Of a DNA stretch of 64,000 nt, positions 39,768-50,453 are shown in pieces. Origin of the DNA: a virus; IMG/VR virus record IMGVR_UViG_3300031834_001450, positions 19,335 to 83,334 of that record; one strand, written 5' to 3'. Position 1 is the stretch's first letter; each line of letters starts with the position of its first letter. Made by a program: the position numbers and the translations under genes. The notes beneath the pieces are model-generated. The model was given only the letters and a program-made list of their open reading frames with translations. It was not told the DNA's origin and searched no databases.

Positions 39768-39962
39768 TTAATTTTCTTTTATTGCATTCGCTGGACATTC
39801 AAAATTTATAATACAAGTTTTACAATTTTTACATTTAGTTTGATCTATAGTACTTTGTAAATATCCTTTCTTAATTATATTTAAATGATCTATTTGAATA
39901 GCTTCAAAAGGACATTCTTCTACACACATCCCACACGAAATACAGTCTTCTATAATTCTCAA
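39768..39962 (-). CDS. 2x[4Fe-4S] ferredoxin
   Basis: CISCGMCVEECP and CKNCKTC.....CP. Confidence 0.9.
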   Translation of the reverse strand: MRIIEDCISCGMCVEECPFEAIQIDHLNIIKKGYLQSTIDQTKCKNCKTCIINFECPANAIKEN

Positions 39963-40786
39963 TCTATTTCTCCTATTTTATAATAGCAAATTTCATTTAA
40001 TACGGTTTCTCTTTTTCTATTAGGACTTATATTTTTTAATTTATTCAAATAGATTTTATTTTTAAAATATTTATTACCTATTTCATTCTCTATATCAAAA
40101 TAAATAATATCATTGGAAATAAAATCTAATTGTTTAAACATTTCTTCCAAATCCTGTATACTCCATCCATTAGAATTAACCATTTTATTTATTTGATAGG
40201 GGGGATCTAAAATATATAAACTATTTTTTAAATTTATAATATTAAAAGCATTATTTGATATAAATAATTTATCTTTAATGAGTTTAAAGTTTTTTAAAGA
40301 ATATTCAAAATCTCTACATGTATAATTACTAATAAACCTGTTCCCAAAACTTTGATTAAATCCATTAGGTCCAAATCTATACATAGTATTTATACAACTA
40401 TTTACTAAAATTATTAAACCAAATGCTTCTTCTTTAGTCTGCTTTTTCCATAAAATATTATTAAAATAATCTCTAAAATTATAATATCCATTATAAGTTG
40501 AAACATTATATTGAAGATTATTTACGTAAGTAGTAAACTCACCTTCATCTATTAAGAATAGATGTTCATAAATATTTAATAAATTAATATCTATTTCTGA
40601 AACATAATAACTATTAAATTGTTTTTGTAAATTTAATAATATTTGTGCAGAACCTAAAAAAGGTTCAACATAAATATTTTTATTTGATTTTTTTACAAGA
40701 TCATTTATCATATCTAAATGAATAAGTTTATTACCCATATATTGGAATAGTCTAGATATAATTTGTTTTCTTTGTAAAAAACTCAA
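39959..40786 (-). CDS. dam: Dam-like N6-adenine DNA methyltransferase (D12 class)
   Basis: YMGNK, YVEPFLGS, FN..FG and DPPY. Confidence 0.85.
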   Translation of the reverse strand: MSFLQRKQIISRLFQYMGNKLIHLDMINDLVKKSNKNIYVEPFLGSAQILLNLQKQFNSYYVSEIDINLLNIYEHLFLIDEGEFTTYVNNLQYNVSTYNGYYNFRDYFNNILWKKQTKEEAFGLIILVNSCINTMYRFGPNGFNQSFGNRFISNYTCRDFEYSLKNFKLIKDKLFISNNAFNIINLKNSLYILDPPYQINKMVNSNGWSIQDLEEMFKQLDFISNDIIYFDIENEIGNKYFKNKIYLNKLKNISPNRKRETVLNEICYYKIGEID

Positions 40787-41079
40787 TCTATTTCCTCCTC
40801 AAAAGTAAGCCAATCTTTTTCAATCATTAGTAATGATAAATAGCCAAATAAATCACAAACATCCGATTTACGTAATCCTTCATTACTATTTTTTATTCTA
40901 TTTAGCTTATCGTCTATTCTTATACATATTGAATTACTTGCATCTAATTTAGAAAATAATTGCATAGGACTTATTGCAGAATCTCCATAACGTTTATTTT
41001 TCTCTTTAAGGAATTCTCCAAAATTAAACATAAGTCTATCTATTTTTTCTTGAGTAGTATATTTTTTTTCTGTTGACAT
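40783..41079 (-). CDS. Nucleotide-modification-associated all-alpha protein (DUF1599/Nmad1-like)
   Basis: L.EKN..YGDS, RIDDKLNRI and D..DL.GY. Confidence 0.75.
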   Translation of the reverse strand: MSTEKKYTTQEKIDRLMFNFGEFLKEKNKRYGDSAISPMQLFSKLDASNSICIRIDDKLNRIKNSNEGLRKSDVCDLFGYLSLLMIEKDWLTFEEEID

Positions 41080-41088
41080 AAGCTCTCT

Positions 41089-41511
41089 TTAATTTAAATT
41101 TGAAATTATTGGTGTTTCTTTGTTCTCTGTTAAATTTTTATTCAATATCTCTTTCATAAGAATATCTCTAATATCTTCATAGCTTTTTTTAGTATCAAAC
41201 ATTTTTTCTATTATTGTAGTTTCCCATAATATATCTATGCATACCCCAGTCTCATCAAAAATAGTATAAAAAGAACTATCCATTACACACATAATTTGAT
41301 GATTTGCTAATTCTATAATAATAGTTGAAAATAGAATCATGTCTCTAGGATCAGAGATATAAGCAAGATCAAATGAAATATGCCATTTATTATCAAATTC
41401 TGCTATTATTCCCATAGGTATTTGGAAGCTATTATCTTTTTTATTATAAAAAATATATTCTTCTTCAAAATAGTTCATAAATATAGTTTTTATTATTTTA
41501 TATTCTTGCAT
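41089..41511 (-). CDS. Hypothetical protein
   Basis: ORF in operon. Confidence 0.6.
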   Translation of the reverse strand: MQEYKIIKTIFMNYFEEEYIFYNKKDNSFQIPMGIIAEFDNKWHISFDLAYISDPRDMILFSTIIIELANHQIMCVMDSSFYTIFDETGVCIDILWETTIIEKMFDTKKSYEDIRDILMKEILNKNLTENKETPIISNLN

Positions 41512-41672
41512 ACTTTATTCCTTTATTTTATTAAATTTTGGACAAACTATTTGTACAACTAAATGAGATTGTTTACATCTTTCTTTACATTTTTTACATA
41601 ATTCTGAAAAATTAGACCAATACCATTTACTATATTGTTTATCTGACATTGAATTAATATTTATATTTTCCA

Positions 41673-42107
41673 TTATTTTGTACCTGTTGACCCAAAACCA
41701 CCTCTTGGATTATCTGTCATATGTTCTACTTCTGTAATAAGTATTTGAGGCATTTTTTCTACTACTCGAAATTGACAAACTCTATCATTCTTTTTTATAT
41801 AAGATTCTCTTGTTGCATATATTGGCATTTTTACAATATCAGATTCTCCACAAAACGATTCATCTAAAATTCCCATAGAATTTATTTGTAAAATTCCCCA
41901 AATTTTAAAAGTAGAAGATCTTGGTAATATATGCATTTCATATCCAGGAGGAACTTTAACAGATACACCTAAATCAATAAGTCTAAAATCACCTTGTTCT
42001 ATATGATAATCATAAGCACTTCTTAAATCTATCCAATCTCCTTTCTCTATTTTTTCTATTTTAATTAAATCTAATACATGATATTTTACTTTTAATTCAA
42101 GAATCAT
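41673..42107 (-). CDS. dut: Second trimeric dUTPase
   Basis: GDWIDLR, PRSS, NSMGILDESF.G, DRVCQF and RGGFGSTG. Confidence 0.9.
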   Translation of the reverse strand: MILELKVKYHVLDLIKIEKIEKGDWIDLRSAYDYHIEQGDFRLIDLGVSVKVPPGYEMHILPRSSTFKIWGILQINSMGILDESFCGESDIVKMPIYATRESYIKKNDRVCQFRVVEKMPQILITEVEHMTDNPRGGFGSTGTK

Positions 42108-42195
42108 TTTACTTCTCCTAAATCATAGCTTTCAAATCTTTCTTATTATTTAAATTAATCAAAAAATAAAATTCTTATAAAATATCATTTATCTT

Positions 42196-42615
42196 TTAAA
42201 GTACTTCTATTTCTTTTTTTTCTTTAAAGGTCATTTTGTTAATATTTATTAAAGGTATACCTGGTATTACTCTAGTATTCTTTAAAAATATTAAATGAAT
42301 AAGATTTTGAATATTTTTATCTGAAATATCATCAATTTGAGATTTATTTGTTTTTACTATTTTTGGAAAAAGATCTTTAATACCTTCTCTAAGCATATCA
42401 ATATAAATTTCCATTACATTATATTCTAAAGAACTTTCACCTCTAGTTAAAAAAATTTTACTATCTAATTCAGGATAATAAAGAGTTTTAGATAATTTAC
42501 GATTTATGAGTTCTTGTTCTCCTTCTTTAAATTGCAATTCTAATTCTTCTATTATTTTTTTAATTTCAATTAATTCTTTTCCTATCTGTTCAATGGATTT
42601 TTCTAAAATATCCAT
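42196..42615 (-). CDS. Hypothetical protein
   Basis: ORF with AGGAG RBS. Confidence 0.6.
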   Translation of the reverse strand: MDILEKSIEQIGKELIEIKKIIEELELQFKEGEQELINRKLSKTLYYPELDSKIFLTRGESSLEYNVMEIYIDMLREGIKDLFPKIVKTNKSQIDDISDKNIQNLIHLIFLKNTRVIPGIPLININKMTFKEKKEIEVL

Positions 42616-42685
42616 AATCTTTTCTCCTTGTTTTTTTTATATTATATAAAAAAATTTTTAAAATAAAACTTTTAAAAAAATTATA

Positions 42686-43243
42686 TTATATACATAATGA
42701 AGTAAAATAAATAAAATTATTTATATTTATATAATCTTCAAATAAAACTCCAATACCTCTATTAGAAGTATCACTTATGAACATTATCCCATTTATTTTA
42801 TATACAATTAAAGAATGTCTACCAGTTTTTTTAGCATTTATTATTCGTAATGTCCCAATAAATTCTGTTTGTGTTAATGACCAAGTAATAAATTCTTCAT
42901 AATTATTAGATCCAATTACATCTATTCCAAATTTTTTAGCAAATAATATTTGAAAAACTCCATCATAAAAACCAAATGATTCTAAAAGATAACTATCTTC
43001 TGGTTTTATCCAATGATTATTTTTACACTTACTAAGAAAAGCAATAACACTATCTTCAATTAAATTTTTGGATATTGCTTCTAACCCAAATGTAATTAAT
43101 TTACAGATAGATCCTATACTTTTTTTAGCTTGTATATCATTAAATTCGAATGCAGTTTTTACTTCTTTTAAAAGGAGATTTTTTGAATCAAATACAAATT
43201 GATTTCTTGTTGCGATACTATTATTTAATTTTATTATATCCAT
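42686..43243 (-). CDS. Possible papain-like (C39-type) peptidase
   Basis: Q...C, GRHSLIV and ISD in the order expected for a Cys-His-Asp triad. Confidence 0.35.
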   Translation of the reverse strand: MDIIKLNNSIATRNQFVFDSKNLLLKEVKTAFEFNDIQAKKSIGSICKLITFGLEAISKNLIEDSVIAFLSKCKNNHWIKPEDSYLLESFGFYDGVFQILFAKKFGIDVIGSNNYEEFITWSLTQTEFIGTLRIINAKKTGRHSLIVYKINGIMFISDTSNRGIGVLFEDYININNFIYFTSLCI

Positions 43244-43258
43244 AATTCCTCTTTTCTA

Positions 43259-45268
43259 TTAATTCACAATTTCACGATCAAAATCTCCATTACTAAATTC
43301 TCTTCTTATTGTATGATCATAAATTTGTTTAAATGTTGACATATCACTTACATCTACGAAAAAACCTACTACTCTAGCAATTTTCTTTTTAATTAATTTA
43401 CCACATTTAGCACAAGTCTCTCTATTACCTATAATTACATGTCCATCAACACACTGACAAAAAGTTCCAGTTATTGCAAAATGTTCTAAATTACATTCTA
43501 TTGCATAATTAATAAGTTTTTCAGCTTGTTTAGATGTAATGTGTTCCCCTGTATTTATATGTGATATACCTCCACCAGTTAAACTATTAAGATATTTACC
43601 ATCTATTTCCATTTTTTCCCATATTGTATGCTTTTGATCAGTTAGTGGCACAAATTGATTAGAGTAAATATTGTAAGGAATATTTTTTTCACCAAATAAC
43701 AATTTATCTATTCTTGGTAATCTATGAGACATAGATTCTCCAGGTACTTGTTCAATATTAAAAGTACATCCAATAAAATTTTCATTATTTGAATTTACCT
43801 CATTATTAAAATAATCAAGAAATTCTTTTAATATATCTATATTTTTTAATTGTTTAAATTTATTTTTTAAAATTTCCTCTGCTTCTACATATCCTAATAT
43901 TCCAAGAGTAGAAAACATTCTTTCTAACCGAATCCAACCAATTTGAAGAAATAATTGAGAATGTTTAGAATCTTCTAATAGTTGTTTATGAGAATATAAT
44001 ATTTTTTTAGCATTATTTGTATGTACTTTTATTAATTCAAAAAATTCTTCATATGTTTTACTCATTAATGCAAATCTAGCAAAATTTAATGTTAGTACTC
44101 TATGACTACCAAGAGATATAGATCCACCTGCACCAAAACTATTTGCTTGAGCAGCTAATTCTATCATTTCTATAGAATTAATTAGGCGGCAACAAGATGC
44201 AATTTTATTTCCTTCACTTACAAAAACATTATATCTATAAATATCTTTTTTACAAACAGATTTAAGAAATGATTTATCTTCTATAACCCATTTTCCTTCT
44301 TTATCTCTTTTCTTAGATATATTTAAAGTCGCGATTGGAAAACGATAAGGAATTCCATCATTCATTGGATCCCCTTTATCGAAAAATTCCATAAAAATAT
44401 TTTGTAATTCTAAAATAAAATCTATCACTGTATCTAAATCATATGGATAATATCCATCTTCTTGCATATAATACCAATTATATTCTTCTTTAACAAGTTT
44501 ATTAAGTTTTTCTCTATCAAATAAAGATATATTTGTAAATGGGCATTCAACTCCTCCACTTCTACTTAAAGAATTAAAGCCATGTATTACTTTTTGATAT
44601 TGATTTTTTATATATTTTCTATAAATGGGATCTTGTAAATCTTCTATTTTTTTATTTTCTTTTAATAAAAGTAGATGCGCAATATCAAGAAAAAAAGTTC
44701 CTACTGCAATTGCACCAGCAAGCGCGTTTGACATTTGATGAATAATTTCATTAAGAAGAGAAGTATATGAATCTAATCTTTTAACAGGACTAGAAGGAAG
44801 TTGACCAAAGTTTTTACCCATAGTAACTAATTTACTTGCATCAAAAGCCCAACAATAAGGAACCATAATATTTGTACTATCTGATAAAGCTAAAGTATAA
44901 TCATACATCAAAGATGTTAAATGTTTTGCTTCTTTCTTACCATATATTTCAGCCATTTTACGATAAAGAAATCTATATCCTGTTATTTTTTCAAAAGGAG
45001 TCATAGATTCTTTCATAATTCCTTTTATTGTTTTTGTTCCTTTATTACTATTATCATCCCAACTTTCATCATTCAATTTACCTATTACTAATTTTTCTAT
45101 TTTATCTATAACAGAAAAATCTTCTTTTCTCATCCCGTGTATTTTAAGAATTTGATCTGTAATTACCTCACTTTCTTCTACTTCAATACCATATGTTTTT
45201 ATAAGTTGATTTTGTAAAGATTTATACACTGAATTTATTGCTTGATTTATTGATGATTTTTCAAACAT
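43259..45268 (-). CDS. nrdD: Anaerobic ribonucleoside-triphosphate reductase (class III)
   Basis: PYC, FPI.T, SCCRL, EQVPGES, Zn motif and glycyl-radical RVVGFF. Confidence 0.92.
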   Translation of the reverse strand: MFEKSSINQAINSVYKSLQNQLIKTYGIEVEESEVITDQILKIHGMRKEDFSVIDKIEKLVIGKLNDESWDDNSNKGTKTIKGIMKESMTPFEKITGYRFLYRKMAEIYGKKEAKHLTSLMYDYTLALSDSTNIMVPYCWAFDASKLVTMGKNFGQLPSSPVKRLDSYTSLLNEIIHQMSNALAGAIAVGTFFLDIAHLLLLKENKKIEDLQDPIYRKYIKNQYQKVIHGFNSLSRSGGVECPFTNISLFDREKLNKLVKEEYNWYYMQEDGYYPYDLDTVIDFILELQNIFMEFFDKGDPMNDGIPYRFPIATLNISKKRDKEGKWVIEDKSFLKSVCKKDIYRYNVFVSEGNKIASCCRLINSIEMIELAAQANSFGAGGSISLGSHRVLTLNFARFALMSKTYEEFFELIKVHTNNAKKILYSHKQLLEDSKHSQLFLQIGWIRLERMFSTLGILGYVEAEEILKNKFKQLKNIDILKEFLDYFNNEVNSNNENFIGCTFNIEQVPGESMSHRLPRIDKLLFGEKNIPYNIYSNQFVPLTDQKHTIWEKMEIDGKYLNSLTGGGISHINTGEHITSKQAEKLINYAIECNLEHFAITGTFCQCVDGHVIIGNRETCAKCGKLIKKKIARVVGFFVDVSDMSTFKQIYDHTIRREFSNGDFDREIVN

Positions 45269-45333
45269 AAAGGAACTTCCTTATTTTGTTTAATTTATCT
45301 ATAATAGTAGAAATTATTTATACATCTTAAACT

Positions 45334-45876
45334 TTAAAAATACATCCTACCATCACGAGTACAAAGATTAAAAATAGAATTATATATTTTTTGATTTGTA
45401 GAAGCAAGTTGAAAATAATGTTCAGTTTTCATTGGTTCTTGTTTTAATTCTTCTTGATATTCTCCAGTTTTAAGATATGTAAAACCAAGTATATTTTTTC
45501 TTTTTACTTGTTCAATGGAATCTCCAGTATAAAGACAAATATCAAATAAATTACCATAACTTCTTATAAATAATTTTGTAAATGCTGCATTTTTTTCATA
45601 TAAGAAATCTGCTCCTCCTAATACAAGTTTATTTGTATTATTTTTATAACAAAAAGTATATAATTCAGCATATAACTGTTTTACTGTGAATGTTTTAATA
45701 GTAAGATTTAAATTTTCAGGAATTAAATTATAATCATGTAATATAGTATTATGACATCCTTTACAATAGTGATTACATCCAATACAACTAAGATATGCAC
45801 TATAACTATCATTATCAGGATAATCTAACCAAGTACCTGAAAAAGGATATAAAATTTTTATTACTGGGTTAATCAT
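45334..45876 (-). CDS. nrdG: NrdD activating radical SAM protein
   Basis: GCNHYCKGCHN, LGG, LYTG and LASTNQ; adjacent to nrdD. Confidence 0.88.
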   Translation of the reverse strand: MINPVIKILYPFSGTWLDYPDNDSYSAYLSCIGCNHYCKGCHNTILHDYNLIPENLNLTIKTFTVKQLYAELYTFCYKNNTNKLVLGGADFLYEKNAAFTKLFIRSYGNLFDICLYTGDSIEQVKRKNILGFTYLKTGEYQEELKQEPMKTEHYFQLASTNQKIYNSIFNLCTRDGRMYF

Positions 45877-45903
45877 AGAAGACCTCTTTTAGCTGTAATT
45901 ATA

Positions 45904-46116
45904 CTATCTTTTGATACTTAATAAATTCTTTTTAATAATTTCTAATTCTGCATATATTTCACCTAATTTATAAAGAATAAATGAAATAGTAATAGCGCTA
46001 GTATTATGAACCCCTAATAATTCTATTTGTTTTCTAAGTTCAGAGGATAAAATTTCTGATTTTTTAAAACTATATTCCAATTTATTCATTTTTATCTTTA
46101 ATATTAATATTATCAA
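45904..46116 (-). CDS. Hypothetical protein
   Basis: Short ORF; true start probably MNKLEY. Confidence 0.4.
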   Translation of the reverse strand: MIILILKIKMNKLEYSFKKSEILSSELRKQIELLGVHNTSAITISFILYKLGEIYAELEIIKKNLLSIKR

Positions 46117-46810
46117 ATATTTTACTTACATTATATTGTCTAAGTTCTTTTATAGATTCCGTTAATTGTACAGAAAAAAAGTTACGATCTATAAGTTCAG
46201 AAATAGACTTACCAAAATGTTGTCTTATATTATTTTTATCATAGTTTGAAGTTGTTATTATTTTTGTTTTTGATGCTAGTACTTCACGAAGAAATTGATC
46301 CCATTCTGAAATGATCATTGTTTTATTATTACTTCCCCACATAAGAGATTTTTCTATATCAAAAATATCATCAATTGCTAATAAATCACAATTTTTTAAT
46401 TCTTGAATATCATCATATATTTCTTGTATAAAATTAAATCCTTGAAGTTTCATAAGCTTATCTATTAAAGTACCAGCTAATATTGTTTTAACTTTCATTT
46501 CATTTTTTATTGCTTGTTTACAGATATTATACATTAAAGCACTTTTTTGTGTTGAATGATTTCCATATAAAAATAAATGTATATGATTAAATTCTTTTTT
46601 ATGACAATTATTTGCATAATATTCTATATATAAATATTCTTTATTTGCTTTATCTCCTTTATAATTTTCAAAATTAATATTCCAATAAAATTCTGGAATT
46701 CCACTTTTTTCTAAATTTATATTATATCGTAATTCTTTTTTAAGTTTTAAAGTTTCTTCAGATTCATATGCATAAATTTCTCCATCTTCATTTTTATATT
46801 GTAATGTCAT
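46082..46810 (-). CDS. DnaC/IstB-like helicase loader ATPase
   Basis: SGIP, LFLYGNHSTQKS (variant Walker A), LLAIDDI and ITTSN. Confidence 0.8.
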   Translation of the reverse strand: MTLQYKNEDGEIYAYESEETLKLKKELRYNINLEKSGIPEFYWNINFENYKGDKANKEYLYIEYYANNCHKKEFNHIHLFLYGNHSTQKSALMYNICKQAIKNEMKVKTILAGTLIDKLMKLQGFNFIQEIYDDIQELKNCDLLAIDDIFDIEKSLMWGSNNKTMIISEWDQFLREVLASKTKIITTSNYDKNNIRQHFGKSISELIDRNFFSVQLTESIKELRQYNVSKIFDNINIKDKNE

Positions 46811-46811
46811 G

Positions 46812-47411
46812 TTATTTATTGCTCTCTTTTAAATTTCGTTGTTTTATTGATTTAAAATTTTTAAGTCTTATATTTATATTTTGTTGATCTAACCAAAATT
46901 CTTTTCCTTTCGATACTTCTTTTATTTCTAGTGGAGTTAAAAATCCCTGATATAAAAAATCAGCAATTTTTTTATCTTGTTTAATGATAAAATCAGTGTA
47001 AGATTGCATATCACTAACTTTTCCTTCTAAACTTGAAGACATATTATGTAACATTATATAACCAAATTTAGAAATATTTATTTCATCGCAACATAATGCA
47101 ATTATAACTGCAGCACTACAAGCAACATATATATTTGCAATTGTTTTTGCTTTAGTATTCATTATACTTTCAAAAAATTGAATTGCAGTATCAATATCCC
47201 CGCCTAAACTATTTATATTAAAATATATAATTTCTTCTTTTTTTGCAATTCTCAATATTTCAAAAACTTTTCTATATGTAGAAGGCATATCGATATCAGA
47301 ATCAAGATTTATAATATAATTATTTTTACTTTCTATTATAGGAATTCGAATTATGATTTCTTTTGTATCACTATCTTCGATACTAGAAATATCATCAATA
47401 TCATCTTTCAT
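46812..47411 (-). CDS. ClpP-like protease
   Basis: INSLGGD, ACSAA (catalytic Ser), MLHN and EFWL. Confidence 0.8.
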   Translation of the reverse strand: MKDDIDDISSIEDSDTKEIIIRIPIIESKNNYIINLDSDIDMPSTYRKVFEILRIAKKEEIIYFNINSLGGDIDTAIQFFESIMNTKAKTIANIYVACSAAVIIALCCDEINISKFGYIMLHNMSSSLEGKVSDMQSYTDFIIKQDKKIADFLYQGFLTPLEIKEVSKGKEFWLDQQNINIRLKNFKSIKQRNLKESNK

Positions 47412-47444
47412 AAATAAAAACCTTAACTTTAATTATTAGTACCA

Positions 47445-47879
47445 TCAATAAGGTTCTATAATAAGATTTAATTCTGAATAAGTATCTAATATTGTTTGTA
47501 TTAAAATAGAAAATTCTTCAATATCTAGATCTGCTTTTGAGGGTACACATGGTATTTCTTGTCCAAAAATAGTTAGCATTTGACAAGGCCATAAATTTTC
47601 CATAATATAAGTATCTAATGCATTAATTGCATATTTATCAAGAGGAATGTTTAGTTTATTTAATATTTGGTTAAGAAGCATAAAATAAGTTCTTATTTGT
47701 TTTGAGGTTTTTGATTCTTTATATGCTTTTTTAAAAACAAAAGAAAATACTTTATTACTTTTAAAAAGATCAAATAGTATTTCTTTTTTTTCTTCTGTCA
47801 TAAAATTTGTCTTAATTGTAATAATATCTTTATCTGGAGTATAATTTATAATTTGACCTAAAAATCGTTCATCACTCAT
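47445..47879 (-). CDS. NinB/Orf-like recombination protein
   Basis: KTSKQ.R.YF and SKADL..EEFS.LI motifs. Confidence 0.5.
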   Translation of the reverse strand: MSDERFLGQIINYTPDKDIITIKTNFMTEEKKEILFDLFKSNKVFSFVFKKAYKESKTSKQIRTYFMLLNQILNKLNIPLDKYAINALDTYIMENLWPCQMLTIFGQEIPCVPSKADLDIEEFSILIQTILDTYSELNLIIEPY

Positions 47880-48069
47880 TTATTTATTTAATCCAATTAT
47901 TTTAATTTTTCTTATCTATATTAATAGTTTTTTTAATTCTTTTTTAATTTCAGAAATATATTCATTCATTTTTAATGTAAACATTGACATAAACTTTTTC
48001 TCCTTTTTAACTTTTATTTAATTCTTATATTTATAGTATATAAAAAAGATTTAAAAAATTAAACTATTT

Positions 48070-49044
48070 TTATATAAGATGTTTTTTCCCCTCTCTAAAC
48101 TGTAAAAATAAATTATAATCTTCTAATAACATACCAGCAGAATTATGATGTCCACCACCACCATATAAAGTAGTTATAATACTCACATCAGTTTCTCCTA
48201 AAGATCTCAATGAAATAGAAGGTTCAAATATACCTTCTTTATCATTATAAGTACTATGCCCAGCAATGTATTTTAATTCTGAAAAATCCTTCAATAATCT
48301 ATTTGCAATAATACTTAGTTTAGAAGATACTTCAAAATATGCATAATTATTACCTTCATTATCTTTTCGTAAAGAAATATTATTTTTTGCTTTTATATAG
48401 AGTTCTTTTTCTTTATCTTCTGCTACTGAAGCTAATTTTATTTCATATAATGTTAAATAAAAATTTTTACCTTTTTTAAATTTTTCAAGTTGATTTTGAA
48501 TAAATTTATCATATTTATCTAAAATATTTGTTGCATACCAGTTTATACTTCCCCATAATATATTATGTAAAGCTTTTCCATCTTTCCATAAAGCCGAATT
48601 TTCTTGCCATAAATCATAAGTATTACATAATTCTACGAACTGATGAATACATTTTGAAGTTCTTTTTCCTTTTGTCAATTCATCAAAAAATATTTTAGTT
48701 CCACATTTTTCAGTAGAATAAAAATAATCTTCTTCTTTTATTACATTTAATAATGTAGTATATGCACTTTGATGATGATCAAAAATATATACTTCTTTAT
48801 TCATTTTAATTAATATTTCATATAATTCTTTAGTTGGTGTGATATCTGTAAAAATTATTAAATTGAATTTATTTAATTTATCTATTTCAAATTGTTCAAT
48901 ATCACTATAATCACAACTCATTATTAAAGAACTTTTAGCAATTGGTTCAATATAATATTTATAAATTATTATACTTCCAATCCCATCTAAATCGGAGTGA
49001 CTGAATAAAGCAATATTTTTATCTTTAAATTTTTCTAAGGACAA
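48070..49044 (-). CDS. DHH-family phosphoesterase
   Basis: SHSDLDG, TD, FDHH, YDLW, SLRS and GGGHHNSAG. Confidence 0.9.
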   Translation of the reverse strand: MSLEKFKDKNIALFSHSDLDGIGSIIIYKYYIEPIAKSSLIMSCDYSDIEQFEIDKLNKFNLIIFTDITPTKELYEILIKMNKEVYIFDHHQSAYTTLLNVIKEEDYFYSTEKCGTKIFFDELTKGKRTSKCIHQFVELCNTYDLWQENSALWKDGKALHNILWGSINWYATNILDKYDKFIQNQLEKFKKGKNFYLTLYEIKLASVAEDKEKELYIKAKNNISLRKDNEGNNYAYFEVSSKLSIIANRLLKDFSELKYIAGHSTYNDKEGIFEPSISLRSLGETDVSIITTLYGGGGHHNSAGMLLEDYNLFLQFREGKKHLI

Positions 49045-49082
49045 AATTAAATTTCCTATGAATATTTTTTATATTAGTAAAT

Positions 49083-50243
49083 TTAACATTTTCTTGAAAT
49101 AAGTAATTGTTCTAAAAAATATTCCATTATTATTTTATATAATTTATTTCCTAATACTAAATCTTCACTTTCAGATTCTATACTTGGATTATCATTTACT
49201 TCTATTATATAACAAATATTATTTTTAACTTTTAAATCAACACCATAAAATCCATTACCAATATGTTTAGTTGTTTTTAACGCAGTATTTATTATTTCTA
49301 ATGGAACATTTTTTATTTTAAATGTTTTAACTTCACCCTCTACTTTTTTTAAAGAATCCCAATTTACAATTTGCCAATGATTTTTTACCATAAAATATTT
49401 ACATGCATAAATAACTTTATTATTTAATATTCCTATTCTCCAATCATAATTAGTTTTAATAAATTCTTGCGCGATTATAAGATCAGATTTTTGTAAAAAT
49501 AAAAATATATTTTCATAATATTGTTCTTTATTATTTATTTTTATTACTCCTTGACAAAAAGAACTATCGGGTAATTTTAATACAAAAGGAAAATTAAAAA
49601 GATTTAATACATTATCAATATTATATTTACTTATTATTATTGTTTTAGGTTGTTGTATATTGTGGTATTTTAATAATTCAGTCAAATATACTTTATTTGT
49701 ACATCTAACAATTGATTTAGGGTCATCAATTACAATTATATTATTATTATATGCAAGTTTTGCAATTTTAAAAGTATGATCTTCTATACTTGTTGTTTCT
49801 CTAATAAATAAAGCATCAAATTTATTTAATCTATTTATATCAGCTTTTGAAATTATTTCTACGTTAAATCCAATACTTCTTCCTTGTTCTACAAATTTTT
49901 CAATTGCAGTATTATCTGAAGGAGGTATTTTTTCTTCTTTATTTAAAAGAATTGCTAAATTAAAAGAGTTACTTTTTCTTTTATTTTTATTTTTATTTTT
50001 ATTTATTTTTAATATATTATCTATACTTGGATAAACAATATGATTTCTTGCTAAAGCAATTAATGATACATAATATCCTATAGATTGATACGTATAACTC
50101 TTACAAAAATTAAAAATTATTATTTTTTCATTTTTATTTCTTTCAAAATTAAATAAATAATCTTTAGCTACTATTATTTTAGCAAAAGAAATATTGAATT
50201 TTAATTCATTAATATCTTCAACAACTATATAATTTAACATCAT
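49083..50243 (-). CDS. RimK-family ATP-grasp ligase with RLAN N-domain
   Basis: N.CKSY.YQS.GYYVSL.A.AR.H...PS, FIRETT, C.NKVYL, VLKLPDSSF..GV, QEF, YGVDLK and EVNDNP. Confidence 0.88.
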   Translation of the reverse strand: MMLNYIVVEDINELKFNISFAKIIVAKDYLFNFERNKNEKIIIFNFCKSYTYQSIGYYVSLIALARNHIVYPSIDNILKINKNKNKNKRKSNSFNLAILLNKEEKIPPSDNTAIEKFVEQGRSIGFNVEIISKADINRLNKFDALFIRETTSIEDHTFKIAKLAYNNNIIVIDDPKSIVRCTNKVYLTELLKYHNIQQPKTIIISKYNIDNVLNLFNFPFVLKLPDSSFCQGVIKINNKEQYYENIFLFLQKSDLIIAQEFIKTNYDWRIGILNNKVIYACKYFMVKNHWQIVNWDSLKKVEGEVKTFKIKNVPLEIINTALKTTKHIGNGFYGVDLKVKNNICYIIEVNDNPSIESESEDLVLGNKLYKIIMEYFLEQLLISRKC

Positions 50244-50453
50244 CTATTTTTCATATTTAAACTATCATACCTTCCAAACAAATTTATTAATATCTAATAG
50301 AAATATTAATATAACTCTAAAAAACTTCATAAATTTTTTATATTTTTTTAAAAAAATATAGAATTTTAAAAAAAGTTCTGATTATTAATCAGAACTAATC
50401 TTCTAAAAAATTTCATTTTACTTTTTAATATTACAATTAATTTTGAGAATTAT

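Noticed and set aside
29673-45268. Inteins or introns in polA or nrdD
   Set aside because: Both ORFs are continuous, of ordinary length and lack intein splice motifs.
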